DNA from: a virus | Taxonomy: Duplodnaviria > Caudoviricetes | Reading direction: 5' to 3' (one strand) | DNA: 59,885 bases | Virus record (IMG/VR): IMGVR_UViG_3300017970_000002 | Coordinates: 1-59,885 of that record | Made by a program: the position numbers and the translations under genes | The notes under the pieces: model-generated | Seen by the model: only the letters and a program-made list of their open reading frames with translations | Told to the model about the DNA's origin: nothing | Database searches by the model: none | Shown here: positions 27,505 through 36,831 of the stretch, piece by piece | How the letters are laid out: each line of letters starts with the position of its first letter | How positions within the stretch are numbered: the stretch's first letter is position 1

Positions 27505-28672
27505 CCGCGCCTCCTGTGGCCTGATCTACGGCGCAATGAACACGCTCAAGACGACGAATCTCGGGCGCATTGCGCGCTACCTGTTCGAGACGCATGGCTT
27601 GCGCTCGCGGTTGATCTCGGCTGACAACGAGTGGGATTCGCTAACCCAGGAGATCGACGACGGTATCATCATCCCGCTGACTATTGTCGCCGCGCCTCGC
27701 CCGTTCCCACTACTCACGAAGCTCTCGAAGGGCATGTGGCCGGGTCCTGATCCGCGTCAAAAGGGCAAGCTGGTGATGCTCCCTACTCCCCCCGAGGAGC
27801 TGGCGAAGTATTGCTACCTGATCGAGGGTATTAAGACGATCTCCGAGCTGTTGATGCAGGACCATGTTAACAAGGCGCGCGTGATCGGCCAGGACGTGGT
27901 GGGCAAGTTCGAGGAGGCGCTAGTCCCCGGCGACGAAGCCTATACCTACGCGAACCCGGCGCAGTCCCACCATTACAACGTGCAGACAGTCGTCACAATG
28001 TCGCTGATTCCGGACTTCATGTCGCTGCCTGTGCGCTGGGTCTGGTGGACAGGCCACGAGTACAAGGGCGAGGACGAAGCTACTGGGCAGCGCATGCTCG
28101 GGCCGGGCGTCACAGGCAAGGCCGCGACCACGATCGTCCCACGCAAGGTCGGCAACTGCCTGCACTCGGATTCTACCGAGACTACCGAACTCGATCCGAA
28201 GACCAAGAAGAACACACGTACGATCGAGTATCGCGCCTACTACGAGCGCCACGCAGACCTGGAGTCTCCGTCACTCAAGTGGCCCGCCGCGCTCAAAATG
28301 CCCGCGAAGTGGGTCCCGGTCTGGCGCGAACGCCACCCAGGCGGCTACATCAAATTGACCTTCGACGAAGGAATCGAGGATTACCTGCGATTCCACGACG
28401 AGATGGCGGTCAAGGCTCCGACGGCGTTTGCTGGACAGGCGGGCGTTGGGGCTGAGTTCGCCGCGCAACTGGCGGCAGGCGCTGAATCCTCGGAGGAGGT
28501 ATCCACGGCGCCTGCTCTGGTTGTGCAAGCAAGCCCGACGACTGCGGTACCCGTGGACACAAGCTCGAAGCCCGAGCCTCTGTGGAAGCAGCGCATCCGC
28601 GAACGTGAGGAGCAGCAGAGACAGCAGGCAGTGAACGAGTCTAAATCAACAAAGGAAGAGGTGACAAAGTAA
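27494..28672 (+). CDS. Sak4-like / AAA_24 ATPase
   Basis: 'LIYGAMNTLKTT', 'TGHE', 'GP...GK'; between exonuclease and SSB. Confidence 0.75.
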   Translation: MPSSRASCGLIYGAMNTLKTTNLGRIARYLFETHGLRSRLISADNEWDSLTQEIDDGIIIPLTIVAAPRPFPLLTKLSKGMWPGPDPRQKGKLVMLPTPPEELAKYCYLIEGIKTISELLMQDHVNKARVIGQDVVGKFEEALVPGDEAYTYANPAQSHHYNVQTVVTMSLIPDFMSLPVRWVWWTGHEYKGEDEATGQRMLGPGVTGKAATTIVPRKVGNCLHSDSTETTELDPKTKKNTRTIEYRAYYERHADLESPSLKWPAALKMPAKWVPVWRERHPGGYIKLTFDEGIEDYLRFHDEMAVKAPTAFAGQAGVGAEFAAQLAAGAESSEEVSTAPALVVQASPTTAVPVDTSSKPEPLWKQRIREREEQQRQQAVNESKSTKEEVTK

Positions 28673-28673
28673 C

Positions 28674-29303
28674 ATGCCAGACGTAGATACGATCGACATA
28701 AACGACCCAGCATTACAGCAGGAGATGGTGGAGGCTGATCCGGAAGCAAATTTCTTCGAGGCGCCGCCGCCGCCGCCAGACGATCGGGAGTATGAAGTGC
28801 GCATCGTGTGTGAGGAAGCGCCGAAGATTGCAAGGCAGGCTAAGAAGGGCGAGCAGAAGGGCAAAGGAACCGGGCCGTTGTACGCCAACTTCTCACTGAC
28901 ACTGCGCATCGTGGCACCGAACGAGCCATGGGACAACCAGCCGGTGTTCGACAAAGCGACGAGCATGGTCATGGAAAATTCAGGCACGAGCAGGCTGCAC
29001 TCGATCCTGCGCGCGGTGCGGGCACCAGCCTTGGGTAGGATGACGCTGCGCGAGCTGATCGACCACGCGACGAATGTGTTCGCGACCGAGCCGACTGCGT
29101 TCATCGAGGGTGAGTGGGAATCGAGCATCGAGGCTCCGGGGAACAAGCGCGCGGATAAGGGTGGGTACGTGCGCGCCCGGCGTGGTATGCAGAACTTTGT
29201 GAAAGACGACACGAAGCCTAGCGGTTACAACCACGTGTGGGATGATCCCGAGCTTGGGCCTGCGCCTGCGAAGTTTCGTGTTACCAACTACATCATTCGG
29301 TAG
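28674..29303 (+). CDS. ssDNA-binding protein-like (DUF669-type)
   Basis: 'PPPP....Y.V.I' start; follows Sak4. Confidence 0.55.
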   Translation: MPDVDTIDINDPALQQEMVEADPEANFFEAPPPPPDDREYEVRIVCEEAPKIARQAKKGEQKGKGTGPLYANFSLTLRIVAPNEPWDNQPVFDKATSMVMENSGTSRLHSILRAVRAPALGRMTLRELIDHATNVFATEPTAFIEGEWESSIEAPGNKRADKGGYVRARRGMQNFVKDDTKPSGYNHVWDDPELGPAPAKFRVTNYIIR

Positions 29304-29540
29304 AGTTTGCCGCCCGAGTCCGGTAGGTCCGGGTCCCGTAGTCAGTCACTGGTTGACGGCGGGCGGTATGAATTGGCGGCCAAGTTGTGCAGGTAAGGTC
29401 GGGTGGGTCTAGCTCGAAAGAGGGCCATGTCATCCCGGCGCCGCCAAATAGATCCTGGGGACGGCGAGCTAGAAGTGGACCTGCGAGGGCTGCTGACTGG
29501 GCGATGACCCGTCCCTGGGTGATTTACGACTAGGTGGATT
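29304..29540 (+). ncRNA. Candidate multi-hairpin antisense/regulatory RNA
   Basis: Three closing stems (29308-16/29360-68; 29373-80/29440-47; 29454-64/29509-19); complementary to helicase and MCP leaders. Confidence 0.65.
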
Positions 29541-29542
29541 GA

Positions 29543-29773
29543 ATGCCACGACGATCAAGTGAAGGTGCCAAGATTCTGCGGTTCTTCGACACGGAGCCGC
29601 TCGACAAGGTTCGGTTCGTATTCGACATGGTGCGGGATGTGGTCGCAGCGCGGGTCAAGGCTGCGAATCCGCAGCCGATCAAGAAGGCAGCCACGCGGCG
29701 CAAGAAGCCGAACGCGAACCTGCCGCAGGCCACGGCTGAGCAGAAGGCCGCAACGAGTCCCGAGGCTGACTGA
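29543..29773 (+). CDS. Small basic protein
   Basis: ORF with SD. Confidence 0.65.
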   Translation: MPRRSSEGAKILRFFDTEPLDKVRFVFDMVRDVVAARVKAANPQPIKKAATRRKKPNANLPQATAEQKAATSPEAD

Positions 29774-30021
29774 TGGACAAAGACCTCGAACGCGAGCTCG
29801 ACTCAACCCCCGCGATCCCGCCGATCACGGTAGATCAGCGCAAGTATCTGACGGGCCTGCTCGACGAACTCGATATCACGCTAGAGGAAGCCATGCGCGA
29901 TTCCTGCGTGAATGGCGATTTCATGTGGGACCCGGAGGAGATCGAGGACGTGGGGGAGCTGAGCAAGCGGCAGGCGAGTGTGTTGATCGATTATCTGAAG
30001 CAACTTAGGCATGAACGATAG
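29773..30021 (+). CDS. Hypothetical protein
   Basis: 'T..Q.KYL..L...LSKRQASVLIDYL' phage motif. Confidence 0.7.
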   Translation: MDKDLERELDSTPAIPPITVDQRKYLTGLLDELDITLEEAMRDSCVNGDFMWDPEEIEDVGELSKRQASVLIDYLKQLRHER

Positions 30022-30024
30022 GGA

Positions 30025-31317
30025 GTGGATTATATGGAAGACCGCAACGTGGAAGTCGAATTTGTGTCGGGCGCGGCTGGCTCGGGCAAAACCTTCGAGA
30101 TGAAACGCCGCATCGCCGAGGACCCGCATTTCGGCATCCTGACCTCGACGACCGGCGTATCCGCGATCAACCTCGACACGGTGACCGTTCACAGCAAATT
30201 GGGCTTCTACGACACGGACAGCCTGCTCGATGCCTACACCTCTGGTAAGCTCCAGCGCCGACTCCGCGCGCTCCATTCCGAGGGCTACCGACGCCTCGTG
30301 ATCGATGAAGTCTCGATGCTTCACGCGCGGCAGCTAGACACACTCTACCTCGCGATCAACGAGGTCAATGTAGGGTCTACGTTCGCCGCGCTCGACCCAC
30401 CGCTCGGGTTGGTCCTGACCGGCGACTTCTGCCAGCTCCCCCCAGTCAAAGGCGAATGGGCATTCAAGGCGCAGTGCTGGCCGGATTTCGCCGCGCACAC
30501 AACGAGGTTGACGAAGATCTGGCGCCAGGCCGATGTCGGGTTTCTGGAGGCGTTGAATCTCGCGCGGTCAGGTGATGGTGTGGAGACCGCTGCGTGCCTC
30601 AAGCACCTGAACTGCAACTTCTCGCTCGGCCTCGACCTGAACTTCGATGGGACCACGATCGTCGCGAAGAACGCCGAAGTCGATCGCTACAACAATATCC
30701 GCATGGCCGCGATCAAGGAAGAGCCGATCAAGCTCGTGAACACGCGATGGGGGCTGCAACTGAGTGACTGGAAGAACATCCCCGAGACGCTGACGGTGAA
30801 GCCTACGGCGCTGGTGATGCTGCTGGCCAATAATAAGGACGAGGCTGGTGGATTTGTGTACGTGAACGGGGACCTCGCGCATGTGTCAGCCGTAGAGGAC
30901 TTCGGTGAGTTCAAGCTGATCGCTATGACCCTGTTGCGTGGCGACAAGAAGGTCGCGGTAGGGCAGATTACACGTCAGAACCTTTCAAAGCAGGAGCCAT
31001 CCGAATCCATGATCGCGCAGGCGCGCCTCAACGGAGACCGCGATCCTTACTTCGACGAGCAACGCAACCGCTGGGTCCTAGGCGAAGTCTGCTACTGGCC
31101 CATGCGGCTCGGGTACGCTTCCACCGTTCATAAATCGCAAGGGTTGTCGCTCGACCGCGTACAGATCGACTGCCGCGATGGGTTCTTCGGCGCGAACAAT
31201 TTGGCGTATGTGGCATTGAGCCGCGCACGGACGGTAGCAGGCATGCGCGTCGTTGGCTCGCCTGAGATATTGGCAAGACGGATCAATCTTGACTCGGAGG
31301 TGAAGGATTGGCTATGA
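30025..31317 (+). CDS. Pif1/RecD-like SF1B helicase
   Basis: GAAGSGKT, IDEVSML, GDFCQLPPV, RQ, YASTVHKSQG, YVALSR. Confidence 0.95.
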   Translation: MDYMEDRNVEVEFVSGAAGSGKTFEMKRRIAEDPHFGILTSTTGVSAINLDTVTVHSKLGFYDTDSLLDAYTSGKLQRRLRALHSEGYRRLVIDEVSMLHARQLDTLYLAINEVNVGSTFAALDPPLGLVLTGDFCQLPPVKGEWAFKAQCWPDFAAHTTRLTKIWRQADVGFLEALNLARSGDGVETAACLKHLNCNFSLGLDLNFDGTTIVAKNAEVDRYNNIRMAAIKEEPIKLVNTRWGLQLSDWKNIPETLTVKPTALVMLLANNKDEAGGFVYVNGDLAHVSAVEDFGEFKLIAMTLLRGDKKVAVGQITRQNLSKQEPSESMIAQARLNGDRDPYFDEQRNRWVLGEVCYWPMRLGYASTVHKSQGLSLDRVQIDCRDGFFGANNLAYVALSRARTVAGMRVVGSPEILARRINLDSEVKDWL

Positions 31318-31529
31318 ATGAGCACCTAGAGGTAAGACTCGTGGAGGCGCTGGAGAGCATCGCGTCATCGTTCGCGAAGATTGCCTATGTAATCAACAGC
31401 GAGAGCATACGCTTATTCGTGAGCTTTGGTGATGGCGCCAACGAGGATGCGCCATTCTGTGTAGAAGCGAACCTGTACACCGGCGAGCATACGCGGCCTG
31501 TTAAGGTGGCCAAGGACATCATCAAATGA
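31314..31529 (+). CDS. Hypothetical protein
   Basis: Coupled ORF. Confidence 0.6.
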   Translation: MNEHLEVRLVEALESIASSFAKIAYVINSESIRLFVSFGDGANEDAPFCVEANLYTGEHTRPVKVAKDIIK

Positions 31530-32974
31530 ACAGTCAGCCTAGGATCGCATTCTGCACGACCTGCAAAGGCCGCGCGCAACACGTCGAGGAGACGCTGCCG
31601 AAGAACCTGCTCGACAACTGCGGATATCAGAACGCCGTGTTCATTATCCTCGATTACAACTCGCAGGATCACCTGCTGGAGTTCGTGAAGACGCGGCATT
31701 CCAAGGCACTCAGCAGCTGGCGACTGGTTGTCTATAGCTACCGCGTGGACACTTCATTCCACTTGTCCCACGCGAAGAACATGGCGGCCCGGCTCGGTAT
31801 CCTCGAAGGCGCCGATATCCTCGTGACCATGGATGCCGACAACTTCACTGGCCCAGGATTCGCCCAATTCATTGCCGAGAAGTTCAAAGCCGCGCCACAG
31901 ACGCAGCCAGGGATGTTCCTGTCGCCCAACTTCCCGCTGATCCATTCCCTCCCCTACGGCCCGAGCCGCCCGCTGCGGGGCTTCGCCGGGCGCCTCGCAA
32001 TCCGCGCGCAGGACTTCGTGAAGATGGGCGGCTATGACGAGACCTTCGATACCTGGCGTGGCGAAGACATCGACATGATCTCGCGGCTTGAGAAGGTGGG
32101 ATACCGTGCGCAATTCATTGATAACAGCTATCTTATCGTCATCCCTCACAACGCCGCCGTCCGCTTCAAGGAGTACCCACACGCGCGGGAGTTGTTTGAG
32201 AATAAAGGTCAACTGAAGGTCATCGACAAGCGCACTGTAACGGTCGTCAATTACGGGCGCTGGGGCGTTGGCACTGTGTACAACAGCTTCACGAACAAGG
32301 AGGTTAAGCTGCTCCCATTACCTACGCGCATCTTCGGAATCGGACTACACAAGACCGGCACGACTTCGCTCGATGCTGCATTCAAGATCCTTGGGTACGA
32401 TAGTTTGCATTGGGGCACCGGCGAGGCTCCTAAGATCTGGAATGAGATGCACTCGACCGGTCACTCGAAGACGCTTGAAGCCTGGTACGCGTTCTCGGAT
32501 CTCCCTATCCCAGTGCTCTACCGCGAGCTGGATAAGGCATACCCTGGATCGAAGTTCATCCTCACGATTCGCAATGAGCAGGCTTGGGTCAAGAGTGTCG
32601 AGAAGCTCTGGGACCCGAGGTACAACCCAACCCGTTGGATGTGGGACGTTTACCCATTCAGCAACCGGGTGCACAAAGCACTCTACGGGCGCGAGGATTT
32701 CGATCGAGACACGTTTCTTGCGCGATACCGCAGGCACAATCAAGAGGTCCAGGGGTACTTCAAGAGTCGGCCAGATGACCTATACGTCATGGACATTGAC
32801 AAGGAAGACAAGTGGCCGGGATTATGCGCTTTCCTCGGTGTCCCTGAGCCATCTGTTCCGTATCCGGCCAGTAACGTAACAACCAAAGCGCCGGTTGAAG
32901 TTCCAGCGGCGCGCATGGCATGTCAGCAGCACATCGTGAAAAGCATGCAGGGCGTGTACGGAGATGGCATATGA
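31526..32974 (+). CDS. GT2/GT7C glycosyltransferase fused to sulfotransferase-family domain
   Basis: 'DYNSQD', 'DAD', 'GGYDE.F..W.GED.D'; then PAPS-binding 'GIGLHKTGTTSL' and 'KFILTIR...W..S'. Confidence 0.88.
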   Translation: MNSQPRIAFCTTCKGRAQHVEETLPKNLLDNCGYQNAVFIILDYNSQDHLLEFVKTRHSKALSSWRLVVYSYRVDTSFHLSHAKNMAARLGILEGADILVTMDADNFTGPGFAQFIAEKFKAAPQTQPGMFLSPNFPLIHSLPYGPSRPLRGFAGRLAIRAQDFVKMGGYDETFDTWRGEDIDMISRLEKVGYRAQFIDNSYLIVIPHNAAVRFKEYPHARELFENKGQLKVIDKRTVTVVNYGRWGVGTVYNSFTNKEVKLLPLPTRIFGIGLHKTGTTSLDAAFKILGYDSLHWGTGEAPKIWNEMHSTGHSKTLEAWYAFSDLPIPVLYRELDKAYPGSKFILTIRNEQAWVKSVEKLWDPRYNPTRWMWDVYPFSNRVHKALYGREDFDRDTFLARYRRHNQEVQGYFKSRPDDLYVMDIDKEDKWPGLCAFLGVPEPSVPYPASNVTTKAPVEVPAARMACQQHIVKSMQGVYGDGI

Positions 32975-33243
32975 GATTCCGCGCGCACATTTACGACCCT
33001 GATACGAAGCCCGCGCCCGACTCATTCGGCACACCGGTAGTGAAGGCTGATCCTGTGTGCTCGGGTAACTGCATTGACGAGGTAATCAAATGGGCCATGG
33101 AGATGCTCAAAAATGCTGGGCCGCGCGCCTATTGCAATATCTACGAGATGAAGGAAAAGAGGCTGGAGTCGATCATCAAGAAGGAGGACGGCAAGCTGGA
33201 TGTTGTATACGGGAGCCTGACGTTGCCAGAACAGAATCCATGA
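32971..33243 (+). CDS. Hypothetical protein
   Basis: Coupled ORF. Confidence 0.6.
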   Translation: MRFRAHIYDPDTKPAPDSFGTPVVKADPVCSGNCIDEVIKWAMEMLKNAGPRAYCNIYEMKEKRLESIIKKEDGKLDVVYGSLTLPEQNP

Positions 33244-33428
33244 CGCCGAAGCGTTACCTACTCGTATACAATCCTGGACTCATCAGCGCGGCTGATATTG
33301 GCAAAGCGCAGGAAGCTCTTGTTGAGGCAAGTGTCCAACTTATTCCACTCCCCCTCGATCCCAACTCTGGTAAGTCGGCCTATAAGCTGATCGATCTCGA
33401 CAACGTAGAGAAGAACTTCTCGGAATGA
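33240..33428 (+). CDS. Hypothetical protein
   Basis: Coupled ORF. Confidence 0.55.
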   Translation: MTPKRYLLVYNPGLISAADIGKAQEALVEASVQLIPLPLDPNSGKSAYKLIDLDNVEKNFSE

Positions 33429-36340
33429 AATCCATCCCAGGCTACCCACTCGATCAAGACGTTCGTATCATTGAGCCATCCGGTACTGGCTCCCTGCGCG
33501 TTCTGGCCATGGGCGAGGCTGGTGGTCGTCACGAAGCGCGTCTCGGTCACCCGTTCGTCAAGCACGCTGAAGCCGGGTCAGTGCTCGAACGCGCGCTGCG
33601 CTTTGCTGGGATTGATCGCGACCAGCTCACCATCACGAATGCAGTCTGGTGGCAACCCCCTAACGACTACCTCGATGGCGCCTGGTACGAGCACAAAGCC
33701 ATCAGCATGTGCCGCGAGTGGAATGATGCGCTGATCGAGGAGCGCCAGCCGAAGTGTCTCCTAGCCCTAGGCGGCATCCCAATGCGCGAACTGAGCGGCA
33801 TGTCGGGCTACCGGGAGGGGATTCTCATGCTACGTGGCTACCCGATCAAGTCGCCGCGTTATGGCATCCCCGTCCTCGGTACTTACCACCCGTCCTATCT
33901 GCGGCGCGGCGAGAAGCAGGAGTCCGAGGAAGGCGCAGACGTAGAGTCAGCAGCCGGACGTGGCATGGATCTCATGGGCGTGCTCATCCACGATATCCAG
34001 TACGCTGTGAAGCTCGCGCGGGATGGGATGCCAGTGCGCCCGGAGCCTCCGCGTCATGTCCTATTCGGCACGCACGAGACCTTGCTGCGGTTCTACGAGG
34101 ACGCCCTCGCGCACCCGGAGCTGCCGATCGCATGGGACATCGAAACCGACCAGTTACTGGCGGCTGAGGACGAGAGCGAAATGGAGCGCTTAGTCCTGAC
34201 CGACGCCGTGACTCAGATCCAGTTCAGCCTGCGCCCGTCCGATGCATGCGTGTTCCGCTGGACCGATGACTTAGCCGACCTCGTGGTCAAGCTCATGCGC
34301 CTGCCTAACCCGAAGCTCGACTTCAACGGCAGATTGAGTGACCGCCCGATCCTGCGCCAGTTCCTTCGCGACAAGGGCCACGAAATCCGTTACTGCGGCG
34401 ACAACCACGATCTGATGGACATGTGGCACCATGCGCAGCCGGATTACCCCAAGGGCTTGCAGCATGTGACGAGTTACTTCGCCAGTTTCCTCGGGCCGTG
34501 GAAGCACTTGAACATCGCGGATCGTGGGTTGTATGGCGCACTCGACGCCGAGAGCCTGCAATGGATCTACAGGAAGTTGCCGGGGGATCTCAGGAAGCTC
34601 GGGATCTGGGATGGGTACGAGCGGCACGTGCTGAAGCTGTCACGCACGCTGGATAAGGTGACGGCGATTGGTATCCCGATCAATGATGAGAAGCGCGTCG
34701 AGTTTGGCAAGGATCTGGATATCGAGAAAGCCGCACTCGAACGGGAATTGCAGAAGCTCGTGCCTGAGGATATCAGGCCGGTACATCCGAAGGAGGGTTG
34801 GAAGAAACTGCCGGGTGCCGTCAAAGCCGACCTGCTTACGTGGAACCTGTATCACAACCCGCAGTCGTGTTTGATGGCACTGGACGCGCTGCCGGATCGT
34901 ATCGAGACAGCCATAGGCACCGTGTACGTCCGTCGCGAATTTGGCGAGATCGACCAGACCGCAATCTGCGAGAACCGCGTGTGCCGCTGGTGCCGACTCG
35001 AACCATTCAACCCGAATTCGCCCGATCAGATCAAGCTGTACATCGAGTTCAAACGCAAGGAGGAAATCGATGCGCTCATCCGGAAAGGATGGGACCGCAA
35101 AAGGGCCGAAGCCAAAGCGAAGTACAAGGTCCCGCGCAACTTCAAAACGGATAAGGAGACCACGGGCAAACGAGAGCTGCTACGACTTGCGAAAGCCACT
35201 GGAGATCAGCTTTTTCCCAGTACCGTCCACATACGTGAATTTGGGAAGCTCAAAGGTACATACGTTGACGGTTGGGCGCCTACTGATGATAAGAGGGCGC
35301 ATTCAACTTTCGGATTTGCCCCAGCCACTTCTCAGTTGTCTAGCGAAAATCCAAACAGCCAAAACGTCCCGAGTGAGAAGTCAAGAGGGGCTGCGATTTC
35401 TCCAACTATTGTTAAGCTGGCTGAGAGGTTCAGAGGGATTATCGAAGCCCCAAGTGGCTTCACTCTCATTGAGTTCGATTGGAGAGCTTTCCACGCCCTA
35501 ATGCTCGGCTTCGTCGCGCAGGACCCGACCTACATGCGCCTCGCGCGCCTCGATATCCACTCCTACTTCGCCGCGTGTGGTATCCTCAAGATCGCGAATG
35601 GTGACAAGCTGCTTGTGATGCCAGACGCCGAGCTAGCCTCCTACCTCGCATGGGTCAAGAAGACGCACCCCGTGGTCCGCGACGGCCAAGCGAAACCCGC
35701 GATCCTCGGCTACGGTCTCGGGATGCGCGGCTATACGCTCTGGCAGCACAACCTAGAATCGTTCTCGGGCCGCGTCGAAGCCGACCGCGTGCTCGACCAG
35801 CTCGATGGCGAGTTCCCGGTGACCGCCAAATTCCGCCGCGCTGCGCTAGAGGAAGCGAATTATGGCAACGAGCATCACGGGCCGAACTGCCTCGTCCTCA
35901 AGCCCTGGTCGATCCGGCGCTTCTGGTCAGTCTACGAGAACAAGCCCGTGACCGATGCCTACCGGCCCAAGAAGGGCGAGAAGGTCTTCGTAGACTCACA
36001 GAAGCAGTACTGGAAGGTAGGCCACGGGTCCGACGCCGAAGCCGCGATCTCCTTCTACGTGCAGAATTCAGCGCACGGCCACATGAAGGAGAACATGCTG
36101 GCGATCGACGACGCGGGCTGGCTCGAACGCTATGGTATGTGCAACACGGTGCATGACGCGTTCTGGTTCTGCTGCCCGAAGGAACTGGCCGAGGAGTGCT
36201 ACGTGAACGTGAAACCGCAGATGGAGGCACCATCGACCGTGCTCAAGAATCCGGTGATGCCCGAGGGGTTCTGGTGCGCTGTGGATGCGACGATTGGGCC
36301 GACGATGAGATCAGCCGACCGGCGGAAGTTCCGTGTCTAG
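33425..36340 (+). CDS. polA: DNA polymerase A with N-terminal family-4 uracil-DNA glycosylase domain and 3'-5' exonuclease
   Basis: UDG 'GEAGG', 'TN', 'YHPSY'; exo 'DIET', 'Y...D'; pol 'SSENPNSQN', 'EFDW', 'R...AK', 'VHD'. Confidence 0.93.
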   Translation: MKSIPGYPLDQDVRIIEPSGTGSLRVLAMGEAGGRHEARLGHPFVKHAEAGSVLERALRFAGIDRDQLTITNAVWWQPPNDYLDGAWYEHKAISMCREWNDALIEERQPKCLLALGGIPMRELSGMSGYREGILMLRGYPIKSPRYGIPVLGTYHPSYLRRGEKQESEEGADVESAAGRGMDLMGVLIHDIQYAVKLARDGMPVRPEPPRHVLFGTHETLLRFYEDALAHPELPIAWDIETDQLLAAEDESEMERLVLTDAVTQIQFSLRPSDACVFRWTDDLADLVVKLMRLPNPKLDFNGRLSDRPILRQFLRDKGHEIRYCGDNHDLMDMWHHAQPDYPKGLQHVTSYFASFLGPWKHLNIADRGLYGALDAESLQWIYRKLPGDLRKLGIWDGYERHVLKLSRTLDKVTAIGIPINDEKRVEFGKDLDIEKAALERELQKLVPEDIRPVHPKEGWKKLPGAVKADLLTWNLYHNPQSCLMALDALPDRIETAIGTVYVRREFGEIDQTAICENRVCRWCRLEPFNPNSPDQIKLYIEFKRKEEIDALIRKGWDRKRAEAKAKYKVPRNFKTDKETTGKRELLRLAKATGDQLFPSTVHIREFGKLKGTYVDGWAPTDDKRAHSTFGFAPATSQLSSENPNSQNVPSEKSRGAAISPTIVKLAERFRGIIEAPSGFTLIEFDWRAFHALMLGFVAQDPTYMRLARLDIHSYFAACGILKIANGDKLLVMPDAELASYLAWVKKTHPVVRDGQAKPAILGYGLGMRGYTLWQHNLESFSGRVEADRVLDQLDGEFPVTAKFRRAALEEANYGNEHHGPNCLVLKPWSIRRFWSVYENKPVTDAYRPKKGEKVFVDSQKQYWKVGHGSDAEAAISFYVQNSAHGHMKENMLAIDDAGWLERYGMCNTVHDAFWFCCPKELAEECYVNVKPQMEAPSTVLKNPVMPEGFWCAVDATIGPTMRSADRRKFRV

Positions 36341-36831
36341 AAAGACAACAGAGACTTCAGCAGCGCCACGAGATCCGGGTAGTTCGTGATCGGCGGGATC
36401 GGATTCGCGATTACCTGCGCCTGAGGCTGCCACGACCACGTAAGGAACCAGTTACTAACTTGCGACTGGTAATCCGCTAGCTCGCGCTGCAACTGATTGG
36501 TCTGAAGCAGTGTCTTATTCGCTGCCGCGAGTTGGCCGCCCGCTGATATCGCATCCGCAGGATTACCATCCGTCGCGAGTTTGTCCAGCGCAGCCTCATT
36601 CGCCTCAGCCACGAGATCCTGGATCGTCAGCGCCATCGACAGGAACTGGATAATGTTCGACGCCGCCGCATATGACGGAGCCGCGTAATTCGGCGCGCCG
36701 CCCGTAGGTGCCCCGAACAGTTTCTGAAGGGCGGTCACGTTCGATAGTGTGGGAAACATTACTGGTCTCGCCTCCTGTGTGAGTTTAGCACGCTTCCTGC
36801 GCCTGAGTCGCCTATGATGACGAGTACTCAA
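36337..36831 (-). CDS. Hypothetical protein (alternative start at 36759)
   Basis: Arg-rich N-terminus; internal AGGAGG before MFPT. Confidence 0.6.
   Translation of the reverse strand: MSTRHHRRLRRRKRAKLTQEARPVMFPTLSNVTALQKLFGAPTGGAPNYAAPSYAAASNIIQFLSMALTIQDLVAEANEAALDKLATDGNPADAISAGGQLAAANKTLLQTNQLQRELADYQSQVSNWFLTWSWQPQAQVIANPIPPITNYPDLVALLKSLLSF

Noticed and set aside
29381-29400. Targets for the hairpin-2 5' segment (GCAGGTAA hit at 480-487 and others)
   Set aside because: Only 7-8-nt matches, expected by chance
29375-29446. tRNA-like element (GGCGGC...GCCGCCA)
   Set aside because: No T-loop GTTC or D-arm consensus and no cloverleaf
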